A stretch of DNA of 64,000 bases from an uncultured virus (IMG/VR IMGVR_UViG_3300035502_000498) (IMGVR_UViG_3300035502_000498), one strand, 5' to 3'. Counted from the first letter of the stretch, positions 9,562 through 20,034 are shown. The notes: generated from the sequence alone by a model not told the origin. Numbers and translations: made by a program.

Positions 9562-9714
9562 ATGAAACAAGTTAACAGAAAAATGAGCACAACAGAAAAA
9601 GTTGCAAGATTTGTAGGTTGGAGTCTAAGACAAGTTGTATTGTCTATTCCAGGATTATTAATCAGTTATGGCGTTGTATATTCTTTATATAGATATGTAT
9701 TTATTGGATACTAG
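9562..9714 (+). CDS. Small membrane protein (50 aa, not in ORF track)
   Basis: GAGGA RBS; MKQVNRKMSTTEKVARFVGWSLRQVVLSIPGLLISYGVVYSLYRYVFIGY. Confidence 0.6.
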   Translation: MKQVNRKMSTTEKVARFVGWSLRQVVLSIPGLLISYGVVYSLYRYVFIGY

Positions 9715-9740
9715 AGGAATTGACAGAAAGGAAGTAAACT

Positions 9741-9902
9741 ATGTTTGATGTTAAAGATATTATTCGATACAATTCAGGTTTTCTCGCAATATTATTCCTG
9801 AAAGCAAAAGGTACAAGCTGGTACTTGGGTGTTCCTTGCTATAGAGACCAGATAAGTGCAAATCTAGCAGGTCAAAAATTGTTAAGAATGTTGGGCAAAT
9901 AA
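9741..9902 (+). CDS. Small protein (53 aa), paralog of the N-terminus of 9918-10229
   Basis: DIIRYNSGFL..WYLGVPCYRDQISANLAGQK vs DIIRYDTGFL..WYAPVPCTRAQIESNLQGQK. Confidence 0.65.
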   Translation: MFDVKDIIRYNSGFLAILFLKAKGTSWYLGVPCYRDQISANLAGQKLLRMLGK

Positions 9903-9917
9903 AGAGGCATAGAAATT

Positions 9918-10229
9918 ATGGCAGATTGTGAAATAGTAGATATTATTAGGTATGATACAGGCTTTTTAATGATTGTCAAATTTAGATATCGAGATACAAC
10001 TTGGTATGCACCAGTTCCATGTACCAGAGCTCAGATTGAGTCAAATCTTCAAGGACAGAAAGCACTTTCTTTAGAAGAAAATCAAACTTCTTCAGAAGGA
10101 AGTTCTGTTATAGGCTGGATTGCACTCATATTTTTAGCTCTTGTTGTAGTGAAAGGCATAGAATTCACATTAGGAGCTCTTGTAATAATCGCTGCATTGT
10201 ATGGTTCAATTAAGAGTTTAAGAATATAA
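9918..10229 (+). CDS. Hypothetical membrane protein
   Basis: Two C-terminal hydrophobic segments. Confidence 0.65.
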   Translation: MADCEIVDIIRYDTGFLMIVKFRYRDTTWYAPVPCTRAQIESNLQGQKALSLEENQTSSEGSSVIGWIALIFLALVVVKGIEFTLGALVIIAALYGSIKSLRI

Positions 10230-10241
10230 GGAGAAAATACT

Positions 10242-10592
10242 ATGTCATTAGAAAGTGAATATGTTCATAAAGCGTTAGAGCCAATATTTGAGTTTGCTCG
10301 TTTAGATGGTGGAACAGAAGTCAGAAATGCTGGTTCAGATGAGAAGTTTGCTCATTTTCATTGGAAAGGTGTGCATTTTAAGTTTCAAAGAAATCTTCCA
10401 AAGACCAAAACAGAATTGAGACCCATGATTGCTTTTTCAAAAGAGGAATCAAAACTATCAGAAAAGGATTTATCAGATTTATTGAAGATTTTGAAGCAGA
10501 AGCCACAGAGAGCTCTTGCACCCACAGTTTATGAAGCATTAATAAACCAGTGGGAAATTCTTAATGAAAGAGATGCAGACTACATAGATTAG
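10242..10592 (+). CDS. Hypothetical protein
   Basis: AAGGAG RBS, 116 aa. Confidence 0.6.
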   Translation: MSLESEYVHKALEPIFEFARLDGGTEVRNAGSDEKFAHFHWKGVHFKFQRNLPKTKTELRPMIAFSKEESKLSEKDLSDLLKILKQKPQRALAPTVYEALINQWEILNERDADYID

Positions 10593-10603
10593 GAGAAATC
10601 GCA

Positions 10604-10978
10604 ATGGTAGTATATACTTCATATTTTGGAATGGCAAGAAGATTTCCAAAAGAAAAATTCATCAAGACAGCAGTTTGCTATAGTGTGCCTCCAGGAATAG
10701 GAATATGGAACAGCGTGGTTCCCGATGCAGATTTAGTCTTTGGCTTGAAACGTGGAGAAATCACCAAAGAATATTATGAACAACAATACTATCAAATGCT
10801 TCTTGATCGTAAAGATCAAATAGCAAATAATATTCCTTTCTTAAAGAATGGAGAACAAGATGCGGTTCTTCTTTGCTATGAGAAACCAGAAGACTGGTGT
10901 CATAGACACATACTTGCAAGATTTCTCAATGAACAGTTTGGTCTAGATGTTACAGAATATAAGTTCGAAGACAAATAG
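10604..10978 (+). CDS. DUF488-like protein
   Basis: YTSYF at the N-terminus and VLLCYEKPEDWCHRHILA motif. Confidence 0.75.
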   Translation: MVVYTSYFGMARRFPKEKFIKTAVCYSVPPGIGIWNSVVPDADLVFGLKRGEITKEYYEQQYYQMLLDRKDQIANNIPFLKNGEQDAVLLCYEKPEDWCHRHILARFLNEQFGLDVTEYKFEDK

Positions 10979-11010
10979 TAAATTTAGATTATGACAAAGG
11001 AGAAAGCGTA

Positions 11011-11379
11011 ATGGATATTATAACAGGATACATACAGAAATTCATGTCAGAAGCACAAGAATCAATAGATGAATTAGCAGGAGAACTCGATAAAATCAAA
11101 GATGCTATAAATGCAAGTACAGAAGATGCATTTGAATTTGAAGTTAGCTTTATCGCTCATGGAGAAACTGGAAGCTTTGATGATCCACATTTTGTAGAAG
11201 ATGAAGTAACTGGAATTCTTGATATATGGAAAGAAGGAAATTCTTGGGCATGGGAATCATCAAATCCACATGTTTTTGTTTTAGATGGAAGAGGCTCTGG
11301 TTTTGCTTCTTTGGAAGAATGTTTGAAGTCTATCCATAATTGGGCAGAAGACTTTGAAGATTTTGAAGTTTCAATCTAG
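11011..11379 (+). CDS. Acidic hypothetical protein
   Basis: AAGGAG RBS, D/E-rich. Confidence 0.6.
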   Translation: MDIITGYIQKFMSEAQESIDELAGELDKIKDAINASTEDAFEFEVSFIAHGETGSFDDPHFVEDEVTGILDIWKEGNSWAWESSNPHVFVLDGRGSGFASLEECLKSIHNWAEDFEDFEVSI

Positions 11380-11482
11380 TTTGTATCAATTACAGAATTT
11401 AGAATATTAAGAGCGAATATGTTTTTCCATGTTTCATATTCGCTTTTGAATTATATACATGCAATAGAAAGGAGAAATTCAG

Positions 11483-12469
11483 ATGATTGGAGAGGTAAAT
11501 AGATTTAACCTTGTAATCCTGTTGGATCTTAACTGGGCAGGGATGAGGTCGGTATTTCGCTTCGTAGATTTTGCTGTAAACACTAGTCAGGGTAGGATTT
11601 TAACAGGTTCGTTATTCGGTGTTTTGCAACTTATAGAATCCTTATCAACAAATTATCCATTTGCACAAATAATAGTGTGTGATGATGGATCACCAGCTGA
11701 GAGAAAGAAATTATTTGAAGGATATAAAGCATCAAGAGTTCCAACTGCAGATAATCCTATTAAACCAGAAGTATCTGCATGGAGAAATCTTAAACCAGAA
11801 TTATTTAGAATGCTTGGAGGGATTCCTAATCTAACTGTATTAAGGCATCCAGAAAAAGAAGCAGATGATCTTATGGCAAAACTTGCATACCTTAATCTTC
11901 AAGCAGGAAAAGATGTAGTAATATTTACTTCAGATAAAGATTTGATGCAACTTATGGCTGCGGGAGCAAATATTGCCAAAGAAGTATCCGATGGTGAACT
12001 TGTTCTTTTAACTGAAGACTATGTTTTAAATCATGATAAACTTGGAGTCGAACCTAAATATATTCCATATTTACGTCCATGGTCTGGAGACCCTTCGGAT
12101 GATATTCCAGCAGCTGCTTCAAGAGTATCAAAAGAAATCAAAGCAAGAGTTGCTCAAGGTTGGTACGATTCAGGAAATAAAGAGCTAACAGAAGAAACAC
12201 TTACACATATATTAGATAATATCAAAGATGTAAATGTCACTCCAAAAACAAGACAAAAGTTTATCGATGGAATACAACAAGCGAATTTAAACTTTAAACT
12301 CATGGATCTAACCAGATATGAAACAGAATCAATAGAAGGTGTCCAAGTAGTTCCTTTATCTTTTAATAGAGAGACAGTTCTCTATTATGGACTCAAGAAA
12401 TATTTGGGTTGGAGAGAAGGATATAGCATGTCTGCAATTAATCCAGATTCTATTCTATCTTCGCTTTAA
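11483..12469 (+). CDS. 5'-3' exonuclease / flap endonuclease (T4 RNase H, PolI N-terminal-like)
   Basis: LLDLN, CDDG, RKKLFEGYKASR, EADDLM, TSDKDLMQL, GDPSDDIP motifs. Confidence 0.9.
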   Translation: MIGEVNRFNLVILLDLNWAGMRSVFRFVDFAVNTSQGRILTGSLFGVLQLIESLSTNYPFAQIIVCDDGSPAERKKLFEGYKASRVPTADNPIKPEVSAWRNLKPELFRMLGGIPNLTVLRHPEKEADDLMAKLAYLNLQAGKDVVIFTSDKDLMQLMAAGANIAKEVSDGELVLLTEDYVLNHDKLGVEPKYIPYLRPWSGDPSDDIPAAASRVSKEIKARVAQGWYDSGNKELTEETLTHILDNIKDVNVTPKTRQKFIDGIQQANLNFKLMDLTRYETESIEGVQVVPLSFNRETVLYYGLKKYLGWREGYSMSAINPDSILSSL

Positions 12470-12644
12470 AATAATTATGTAAGACGTAATTCACAATTAA
12501 ATTATATACACATATTAAAGAACGAATTAAAATCTGAATTTCTTAAAGATTCCCTTCTGGGAATCTTTTCTTTTCTCCAAGAGGAATTTCAATTTTCAAA
12601 TCTTATATACATGTGTTACATAATAGTAAAAGGAGATTGGGACA

Positions 12645-12959
12645 ATGAATATTCTTAGTGTATTTACGTTAAAAAGCAGTGCAAAAGAAGTATTTTCTAG
12701 AGATACTTTGGAATCATTTCTAGATTTTGCAAAAGACAAGATTGTGTCTTATGTTAAAGACAAAGATCTAGCAGGAGCAGAAAAGAAAGCAAAAGTAGAT
12801 GCTTCTTGTGAAGAATGGATCAAAACTCACTTACATTCAAACAATTCTATATTGAATTGGTGTATTGATAATATTATAGTTGCTTTGATTCCTACAGCTA
12901 CTCAAGCAATTTATGATTATCTAGAAGATTTTATTAAAGGACTTACCCAAAAAGCATAG
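12645..12959 (+). CDS. Hypothetical protein
   Basis: AAGGAG RBS; followed by hairpin at 12984-13013. Confidence 0.6.
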   Translation: MNILSVFTLKSSAKEVFSRDTLESFLDFAKDKIVSYVKDKDLAGAEKKAKVDASCEEWIKTHLHSNNSILNWCIDNIIVALIPTATQAIYDYLEDFIKGLTQKA

Positions 12960-13027
12960 GCATTCACTGCCTGTCATACAGCATATGGTACAGTTTCCCG
13001 AGAAACTGTACCATTCTCCATTTTATG

Positions 13028-13175
13028 TTAAGTTATATTAAGTTTCTTTAAGTTTTATTAAGTTCCTTAGCCCCTATGTTTTCTCTTATTTCCCAGAATT
13101 TTTCAGAACGTTTTAGAATATTTTAGAATAAAACACTTTACTTTTATTCTCATCTGAAAAATAATTAAGTCATAA
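13028..13175 (+). promoter_or_regulatory. Repeated early-promoter-like element, copy 2 (four TTAAGTT boxes at 10-bp period)
   Basis: TTAAGTT-ata-TTAAGTT-tct-TTAAGTT-tta-TTAAGTT, then TTTACTTTTATT...AAATAATTAAGTCAT. Confidence 0.65.
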
Positions 13176-13239
13176 GTTTAGTTCGATAGAATTCAGATTA
13201 CAACATAGAAAGAAAAACAAAAAGAAAGGCAGGTCAAAA

Positions 13240-13803
13240 ATGGCTACAATGACAAAAATGGACATGATCAAGGAATTAGTGAAAGAAAACAAAGTTTCAG
13301 AAATGAGAAAAGAAAAAGACAATGAATTCAGCTTAGCTGCAAGATTGTACAGAACTCTATCTGAAGAAAGAGTAAAAGAATTATACAAAACTCATTTCAA
13401 ATCTACAGCTAAAGCAATTGAAGAAGTTACTAAGAAAGTAGAGAAAGTTGCAAAAGCTGAAAAGAAAGCAAAAGCAGAAAAGAAATCTTCCGAAGTTAAG
13501 AAAGCACCTAAAGCCGAAGTTAAAAAAGAAGTAGATCCTATGTATTTACCAGCAGTAGATGCAGATGGAAATCAATACAAGAAAGCTTGGGTCTTAGATG
13601 AATTAAATGCTAGAGGATTTTCAGGGTTTAAAACTCCAGCTAAAGATTACAGAACATTGGAAGGAAAGAAAAATATCCTTATTTACTCTAGAATCAATAA
13701 CACTTTAGTTGCAAGAGATATCAAGACTAAGAATTTAATTAAGAAAACAGTTTGTATTTGTCCTTTCATTGTGAAGGCATTTATCAATAAATACTCTGTA
13801 TAA
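13240..13803 (+). CDS. Lys-rich hypothetical (possible early) protein
   Basis: Basic KAEKK repeats; directly downstream of the repeated promoter-like element. Confidence 0.65.
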   Translation: MATMTKMDMIKELVKENKVSEMRKEKDNEFSLAARLYRTLSEERVKELYKTHFKSTAKAIEEVTKKVEKVAKAEKKAKAEKKSSEVKKAPKAEVKKEVDPMYLPAVDADGNQYKKAWVLDELNARGFSGFKTPAKDYRTLEGKKNILIYSRINNTLVARDIKTKNLIKKTVCICPFIVKAFINKYSV

Positions 13804-13916
13804 ACCCTCAACAATACCCCATTAATATGATATAATTGACTTTGAATTTGAATCATTCAAAGTCAATTTCTTTGCAAGAGAATTTCATTCTATATTCAAA
13901 AGGAGGAAAGATAGTT

Positions 13917-14543
13917 ATGGTAGAACACAGACCAAGTCCAGAATATTTTATGGATGCAGCCTTCAAAGCAGCTCAGAATTCAACCTGTGCAAGACGAAGA
14001 GTTGGTGCAGTAATTGCAGACCCTTCATCTACGATTGTGTCTTTAGGCTGGAATCATAGTTCCAATGGGATAAGTTGCGAAGCAAAATTCTTCAGCCAAT
14101 ATATTCAGGATAAATACCCAGATACAGCAGAAGTAAAGATGTTTCTAAAGGCACTCCAAGAAGATCCATTAACTGCTCATGGCTATGAGAAATATCTTAG
14201 CTCAGAGTTATCTTCCGTTTGGAAGAGTTTTCAGCTATGGACAAAGACTCCTGAGTTCAAAGAACTTCATAAGAATTGGCAGAATACAGAAATACACTCT
14301 GAACTTTCTGCAATCTTAAATGCTTATAAACTTGGAAGAACTCCATCAAACAGTGTTCTGTACAGTTCAAGATCTCCATGTATAGCTTGTGCTCATGCAA
14401 TCATTGAATCAAAGTTTATAGATAAAGTATATTATACTCAATTATCTCTTGCGGGAGAAGGAGGAATTCCAATTCTTGAACAAGCAGGAATCAAAGTAGA
14501 ACACATGGATCCAACTCCATTCGAAGAAATATACTATACATAA
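13917..14543 (+). CDS. dCMP deaminase-like protein
   Basis: STCARRRVGAVI, LGWN, HSE, SPCIAC zinc motifs; start refined after AGGAGG. Confidence 0.85.
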   Translation: MVEHRPSPEYFMDAAFKAAQNSTCARRRVGAVIADPSSTIVSLGWNHSSNGISCEAKFFSQYIQDKYPDTAEVKMFLKALQEDPLTAHGYEKYLSSELSSVWKSFQLWTKTPEFKELHKNWQNTEIHSELSAILNAYKLGRTPSNSVLYSSRSPCIACAHAIIESKFIDKVYYTQLSLAGEGGIPILEQAGIKVEHMDPTPFEEIYYT

Positions 14544-14557
14544 GAGGAGTCAAAACA

Positions 14558-14794
14558 ATGAATGAAGATTTATCCTATATCAAATATGATGCAGTTCAAG
14601 CAGGAATAGATGCATCAAACCTGTATGAGTTTATAGATGATCTAACTTTTCATAATATTCAAAAGAAAGTTTCTTTTAGAAACGGAAACTTTTATTATGC
14701 TCAAGTCTATTATGATAAAGATTCATCTTCTCTTCCTTCTTATATAACTACATCAAATGAAGAAGAATTCATGCAAGAACTATGCAGATGTTAA
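14558..14794 (+). CDS. Hypothetical protein
   Basis: GAGGAG RBS. Confidence 0.55.
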   Translation: MNEDLSYIKYDAVQAGIDASNLYEFIDDLTFHNIQKKVSFRNGNFYYAQVYYDKDSSSLPSYITTSNEEEFMQELCRC

Positions 14795-14877
14795 AGAAAT
14801 TCATATTTTATTTCAGATTTATTCAATTTAGAATTTCATAGAATATAACACAAAGTAAAAGACATCAAAAGAAGGAG

Positions 14878-15531
14878 ATGAAAGGGATGAAGAAAGATTC
14901 CTCACAAGACCTCATTGGAGAAGTTATAGAAGTACGAGATCCAGATCCATATCATTATATATCAAGAAAAACCAAACTATTAATATATGATATTCAAGAT
15001 GCCTATATGGTATTCAAAACTCAATCAGGTTCTTTATTTCTAAAAGAATACTCAGATTATGGTACAAAAGAAGATTATTTATCCAAACTTCGTTCCCAAG
15101 TTCTTTCAAAAGAAGAATCTTCTTTTTCATCTTCTTCCCTAAATAAAGGAGATTACTTTATTTCAATTACAACTGCAGAAATTGATTCTTTAAGATATTA
15201 CAATAAAGATGGAAAAGAAATAATTTCTCCCTATGAAGATCCAGATAATGAAGCCATTCTTATCAAAGAACTCGAATTAAAAGACTTCTATTATAAACCA
15301 GAAGAATATTTAAATATCAGATATAAATATTGCAAAGAAATAGATGGAAAGGTTCTTTCTCTCATCGACCCAAATACTGGATATAAAGTTCGCAATATTA
15401 CAAATATGGAATCAGGGCAAGATTATATAGATATGAATGATATTGATCTCAATAACGATATTCCATTCGATTCCACTCCTGCAAGGTCAGAACCCAATGC
15501 CCAAATTTTCCTTTACCGAAAAATTTTCTAA
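14878..15531 (+). CDS. Hypothetical protein
   Basis: 217-aa ORF. Confidence 0.55.
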   Translation: MKGMKKDSSQDLIGEVIEVRDPDPYHYISRKTKLLIYDIQDAYMVFKTQSGSLFLKEYSDYGTKEDYLSKLRSQVLSKEESSFSSSSLNKGDYFISITTAEIDSLRYYNKDGKEIISPYEDPDNEAILIKELELKDFYYKPEEYLNIRYKYCKEIDGKVLSLIDPNTGYKVRNITNMESGQDYIDMNDIDLNNDIPFDSTPARSEPNAQIFLYRKIF

Positions 15532-15540
15532 GACGTATCC

Positions 15541-15819
15541 CTAAAAATCATATCCCTCATGCGTACCCGCATGACCAAAATCATCACTTCTTCCTGAGTT
15601 TCCTTCCAAAAGACTCAGGATTTTCTTTATTTTCTCTTCCGTCCTTCTTCCTCTTTGTACTTGCTCTAGGTTTTTACCATAATTCATTAGTCCAATGAAT
15701 GTATTAAACAAAACAAGATCAGATGTTGAATAACTATTACTATTGTTATTACTTGAAGATCCAGAAGAATCAAATCCTCCATTCATAAGCATGTTAAAGA
15801 AAGTTTCAATCATAATCAC
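15541..15819 (-). CDS. Hypothetical protein (only convincing minus-strand gene)
   Basis: Fills a gap with no + strand ORF; similar in style to 53949-54164. Confidence 0.5.
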   Translation of the reverse strand: MIMIETFFNMLMNGGFDSSGSSSNNNSNSYSTSDLVLFNTFIGLMNYGKNLEQVQRGRRTEEKIKKILSLLEGNSGRSDDFGHAGTHEGYDF

Positions 15820-15895
15820 TAATATTATAAAGAACTCTTTTGACAGAATTTTATCTGTTGTTAAGACAGAGAAAAGAGAGGAGATTTAAGTAATT

Positions 15896-16117
15896 ATGGC
15901 AAAGTCTTATCCATTTACATATAAACTATCAGATCTAGTTTGGATCAAGCTTCTTAATACCAAAGGAAGAATAGTTGCAATTCATCTTGATAATATAGGC
16001 TTAACCTATAAAGTAAGACATTTCCAGGAAGATGATATAAAATTCACTTATTTTGAAGAAAGTGAATTAGAATCTTATACAGAAGACAAAGAATCTTTAA
16101 CTGGATTTTCAGCTTGA
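15896..16117 (+). CDS. Small SH3-like hypothetical protein
   Basis: GAGGAG RBS; YKLSDLV..KGRIVAI..YKV..FEESEL pattern. Confidence 0.55.
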   Translation: MAKSYPFTYKLSDLVWIKLLNTKGRIVAIHLDNIGLTYKVRHFQEDDIKFTYFEESELESYTEDKESLTGFSA

Positions 16118-16133
16118 AATTATAATGGAAGTA

Positions 16134-16337
16134 TTTTTATTTCTTTTTCTTAAGAAAAAGAAATAAAAACCAGAATTACATATTATATACACCCAATATT
16201 GTACATATAAGGACACTAAATACTCAGCAGGATCTTCCAACTATCACTCAGAAAACATACTCTAAAAGATCCTGCTTTTTCTTGCAGATTTTTATCCAAG
16301 GAGTTTTCTTTTTATCTTTTAAAAGATAAAAAGAAAA
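16134..16337. repeat. Two perfect AT-rich palindromes (36 bp and 34 bp) flanking a hairpin
   Basis: 16134-16169 TTTTTATTTCTTTTTCTT/AAGAAAAAGAAATAAAAA; 16304-16337 TTTTCTTTTTATCTTTT/AAAAGATAAAAAGAAAA. Confidence 0.9.
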
Positions 16338-16588
16338 TCCGAAGTCCCTTCTGTTTCGTTCTATATTCTCTAAAATGGCATTTTAAAATTCTCTTCTCCA
16401 GAATATATGTGGATAAAAGGATTCAGCGAAAGGACTAGTGCCCCTAAGATTTCCCAGAACCCTATCCACCACAGGATTATTTGATATTTTCCCTTAGTGC
16501 AAGAAGTGGCAATTCCAAAAATCGCACTTTCTAGGACGTTCTGTTTTCTTCCAGTCATGTTTTCTGCCATTTTAGAATTAGAATTTTC

Positions 16589-16837
16589 ATGAACACAAGA
16601 CCAAATCCTTATGACCTCTCAAAGAAGGAATTGGAAGTTCTCACCAAATTTTGTTTATCTGCACCAGATATTGCAAAAGAACTTGTTCTCTCTTTGAGCA
16701 CAGTAAAAACACATATATGCCATATATTGAGAAAAACAAAGACTTTCTCTCGAGCAGGTGCATTAATTGCAGTCTTAAAAGAAGGAACTCTCACTTTCGA
16801 TGATATAGAGCTTCCTCAGAATTATATTAATCTGTAA
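16589..16837 (+). CDS. LuxR/GerE-type HTH transcriptional regulator
   Basis: LSKKELEVL...DIAKELVLSLSTVKTHICHILRKT...SR. Confidence 0.85.
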   Translation: MNTRPNPYDLSKKELEVLTKFCLSAPDIAKELVLSLSTVKTHICHILRKTKTFSRAGALIAVLKEGTLTFDDIELPQNYINL

Positions 16838-16869
16838 TTAGTACTCAGATAGAAAGGACTTAAGACCTT

Positions 16870-19215
16870 ATGTCAGAATATAAAGTTCCATACACTTTCA
16901 TTGCGGGAACTCGAGCAAAAGCTTCTCAAGTCAATAAGAACTTTGAATATCTTACAGATTCCGTAACCGAATTGGATAATTCAAAGGCAGCACGTGGAGG
17001 AGATCCTACAATCAACTTTAGTGTGGCAGAACCTGTTAATGCTCAGCATGCAGTTACAAAAAGATATGTAGATGCTGCAATCCAAGATATAGATGGAAGC
17101 TCTGGTTCCGGAGTTGGAAAATCAATGTTCGAAGTTTTCCATACATTGTCTACAAAAACTCCACCTGGAGCCTTCAGTCTCCGAAATGGAGAAGTTATTT
17201 ATAAGGCAGACGAAGACTATCCATCTTTTTGGCAAGCACTTGAAGAACAAGGTACTGGAATAATATCTGACTTGACAGATGAAGTTCTTTCAGAAACATC
17301 AAAAGATGATAGTTATGCTGCTTCTTTTAGCAATATCACTTCTATAGAGAATTCAGAAACAAATGGAAGAGCATTCTCTCCTTATAGCTGGATAACAGCA
17401 ATGAATGCACCAACTGCAACCGAACCTATCATTGCAGAATTGGAACTTCCAAAGACAATTACATGTAAATACTTCAAGTTGAATAGCCATGTAATTGATA
17501 CATATAATTCTTATGGAACTGCAGATGCAAAGAAAGCAGTCAAGGTTGGTTCTATTTCTTTAAGACAACCAGATGGGAATTGGGTTTCTTCAGTTATTAT
17601 CAACGAAACAGATATTCCTACTTCAAATGAAAGATACTTTGAAAATACCAAACCAGAATTGGAATTCAATGCAATCCGTTTGATTATTGCAGAAAACTTT
17701 GGTTCAAATAAAACAGATGTATCTGTATATCCAGTTGATCCTGATTCAACTGCAGTAAGAGTTGTTCCTGAAGAACAATGGCAATGGGAAGTTGATACTT
17801 ATGGAGAAACAGGTTCTTTTGTTATTGATTATGATGAAAAGTCAATCAAACTTCCAAAAATAACAAGATTCTTAACTGGAGTATCTGATCTATGGCAAGT
17901 AGGTATGGCAGAATATACTCCAATCTCAAACTATAATGGAAAATGGAAAGATGCAGATTCTTCAGATGAAACTTCAACCGAAGAAAGTTCAATAGTTCCA
18001 TTAAATGCAGTATCTACAGGTTTATGGATCCAAGTATATAATGCAGTTGCAGAAGATGCACTTTCCAATACAAGATATATTCCATTTGGAACTTTATTTG
18101 AAGAGAGACTATTCAGATTTGTTCCTGATGAAACTTCTGGATGGTTTGTATCAGATGGTACATGGAAGGATGGAAATTACTTTGAAGATGCAATGACCGA
18201 ACTTCTTAATCAATATGCAAAAGCAGTAACTCCTTCTGGAAAGAACTATAAGCTTGCTCCGAATGGAATGAGATTTGTTGAAGATTCTTTATATACATCT
18301 ACATATAATTCTTATGGAGAAGTTCCTTATTATGTTCTTGATGTTGCGAACTATAAATTCAAAACTCCAATGTCAGATAACTATGAAAGAGCAACTCACA
18401 CAATAGACAACACTGGAGATTTACTTTTGGACTCTGCTTCTAAATTATCAGGTGGACTAACAAGCACTTCCAGCGAAGAACTATATGGGGTATCTGCAAA
18501 AGTTCAACCTAAATCTTCATATAAGCTTTTATGCGTATTCCTTGGAAATGAAGTTCCTCAATCTTCAAGTGTTGATATAATCAAAAGAATCAAAGATGTT
18601 GAATCAGATGTATCCACTATTCAAGAGAATGAAACTTCGACTCAATCTCAAATAGATTCACTTAAAGAAAAAGATACTTCTCTTGAAGGTGGAATAAAAA
18701 GCAATTCTGCTTCCATTACTTCAATTGAATCCAAAATAGAATCTTTGGAAGCCACTGATTCAGCTCTAACTCAATCAATAAATGAAATCAAAGACACAGA
18801 CTCTTTAATCAATTCTCAGTTAAGTTCAGTCCTTGATGATATTGATGAATTAGAACAATCAGTTCAAGATGTTACAGACCTAGCATCTTCTCTAGATGTA
18901 AACTTATCAACTGCAGAAGAAAAGATATCTTCCTTGGAAACTTCAGTTGATTCAATAAAATCTGTCTTAACCGAAGCAGAAAAGAATATTTCTTCTCTTG
19001 AAGAATCTGTTGCTTCCTTAAAAGAAGACAACACAACAAATAAGTCAGACATCTCAGAATTGAAAAATGTAGTTGCATCCAAGGTTGATTCCAGCCAAGT
19101 GGACACTCAACTAGATGAGAGATTAAGCACTCTTTCTTTTAAGATTATGACTCAAGAAGAGTATGATGCTCTTGAATCGAAAGATGAAAATACAATGTAC
19201 ATAATTAAAGGATAG
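16870..19215 (+). CDS. Tail fibre-related protein with coiled-coil C-terminus
   Basis: N-terminal PYTFIAGTRAKASQVNKNF, AVTKRYVD, collar-like segments, heptad region, terminal MTQEEYDALESKDENTMYII motif. Confidence 0.7.
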   Translation: MSEYKVPYTFIAGTRAKASQVNKNFEYLTDSVTELDNSKAARGGDPTINFSVAEPVNAQHAVTKRYVDAAIQDIDGSSGSGVGKSMFEVFHTLSTKTPPGAFSLRNGEVIYKADEDYPSFWQALEEQGTGIISDLTDEVLSETSKDDSYAASFSNITSIENSETNGRAFSPYSWITAMNAPTATEPIIAELELPKTITCKYFKLNSHVIDTYNSYGTADAKKAVKVGSISLRQPDGNWVSSVIINETDIPTSNERYFENTKPELEFNAIRLIIAENFGSNKTDVSVYPVDPDSTAVRVVPEEQWQWEVDTYGETGSFVIDYDEKSIKLPKITRFLTGVSDLWQVGMAEYTPISNYNGKWKDADSSDETSTEESSIVPLNAVSTGLWIQVYNAVAEDALSNTRYIPFGTLFEERLFRFVPDETSGWFVSDGTWKDGNYFEDAMTELLNQYAKAVTPSGKNYKLAPNGMRFVEDSLYTSTYNSYGEVPYYVLDVANYKFKTPMSDNYERATHTIDNTGDLLLDSASKLSGGLTSTSSEELYGVSAKVQPKSSYKLLCVFLGNEVPQSSSVDIIKRIKDVESDVSTIQENETSTQSQIDSLKEKDTSLEGGIKSNSASITSIESKIESLEATDSALTQSINEIKDTDSLINSQLSSVLDDIDELEQSVQDVTDLASSLDVNLSTAEEKISSLETSVDSIKSVLTEAEKNISSLEESVASLKEDNTTNKSDISELKNVVASKVDSSQVDTQLDERLSTLSFKIMTQEEYDALESKDENTMYIIKG

Positions 19216-19218
19216 TAA

Positions 19219-19350
19219 ATGACATCATTATTTTTGAACGAATTGAACAATATATACGTGGGAGATGTGGAAGTTTCTAGAATATACTTAGGTTCAGAAG
19301 TCATTTATGAACCAACCCCATTATCAGAAGATTCTTCTGATGAAACCTAG
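19219..19350 (+). CDS. Small tail-fibre-associated beta protein (43 aa, not in ORF track)
   Basis: NIYVGDVEVSRIYLGSEVIY motif directly after the fibre gene. Confidence 0.6.
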   Translation: MTSLFLNELNNIYVGDVEVSRIYLGSEVIYEPTPLSEDSSDET

Positions 19351-19458
19351 ACTCTTTTATTGACACAAAGAACACTAAACACTGTGCTGTGGTTTCCTTT
19401 CTACCACAGCATTTCTTTTGGATTCTTTCTATAAATTGTTCTGTAGGAGGAATCAGAT

Positions 19459-19833
19459 ATGGCATTTCTTAAAGATGTTGAATTAACAATCAGAGATGAT
19501 GGATGGATAGTTAACACAGAAAATCTTATATATTCAGATTATAATACAACCGTTTCTATTCCTTCTCATGAATTAAGCGATGGTCCAACTTTGAACTGGT
19601 TTACAAAGCTGTTTATATCTCCAAAAGAATATAGATGTGGATTCAAAGCTGCATTCGTTCATGATTATATGTGCAGACACAAATCTCTATATTCAAGAAA
19701 AGTGTCTTCTTTAATGCTCAGAGATATTTGGATTTCATGTGGACTTAATTCATTCAAAGGTGCAATTTTATGTTTCTGTGTAGATTTATATCAATTGGTG
19801 AAATATGGGAAGACTTGGGGCACTGCCTTATAG
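19459..19833 (+). CDS. DUF1353 family protein
   Basis: SDGPT...AAFVHDYMC...SRK motif; AGGAGG RBS. Confidence 0.7.
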   Translation: MAFLKDVELTIRDDGWIVNTENLIYSDYNTTVSIPSHELSDGPTLNWFTKLFISPKEYRCGFKAAFVHDYMCRHKSLYSRKVSSLMLRDIWISCGLNSFKGAILCFCVDLYQLVKYGKTWGTAL

Positions 19834-20034
19834 AAATATAGAACAAGAAATAGAAAGCATCAAGGATCTGAAGCAGAAGTTTCTATCAAGGAAAACTTCC
19901 AAGAATGCAGATGCTATCAATTATTGGGTTCGTTATATGAATCAAGCAATCAGAGAACGAAGAGAAGAACTTCGTTCTCCCTCTCTGTTCTTCTTTTTCT
20001 TTTGATTTTGGAATTTCTTCATACAGAAGGAGAA

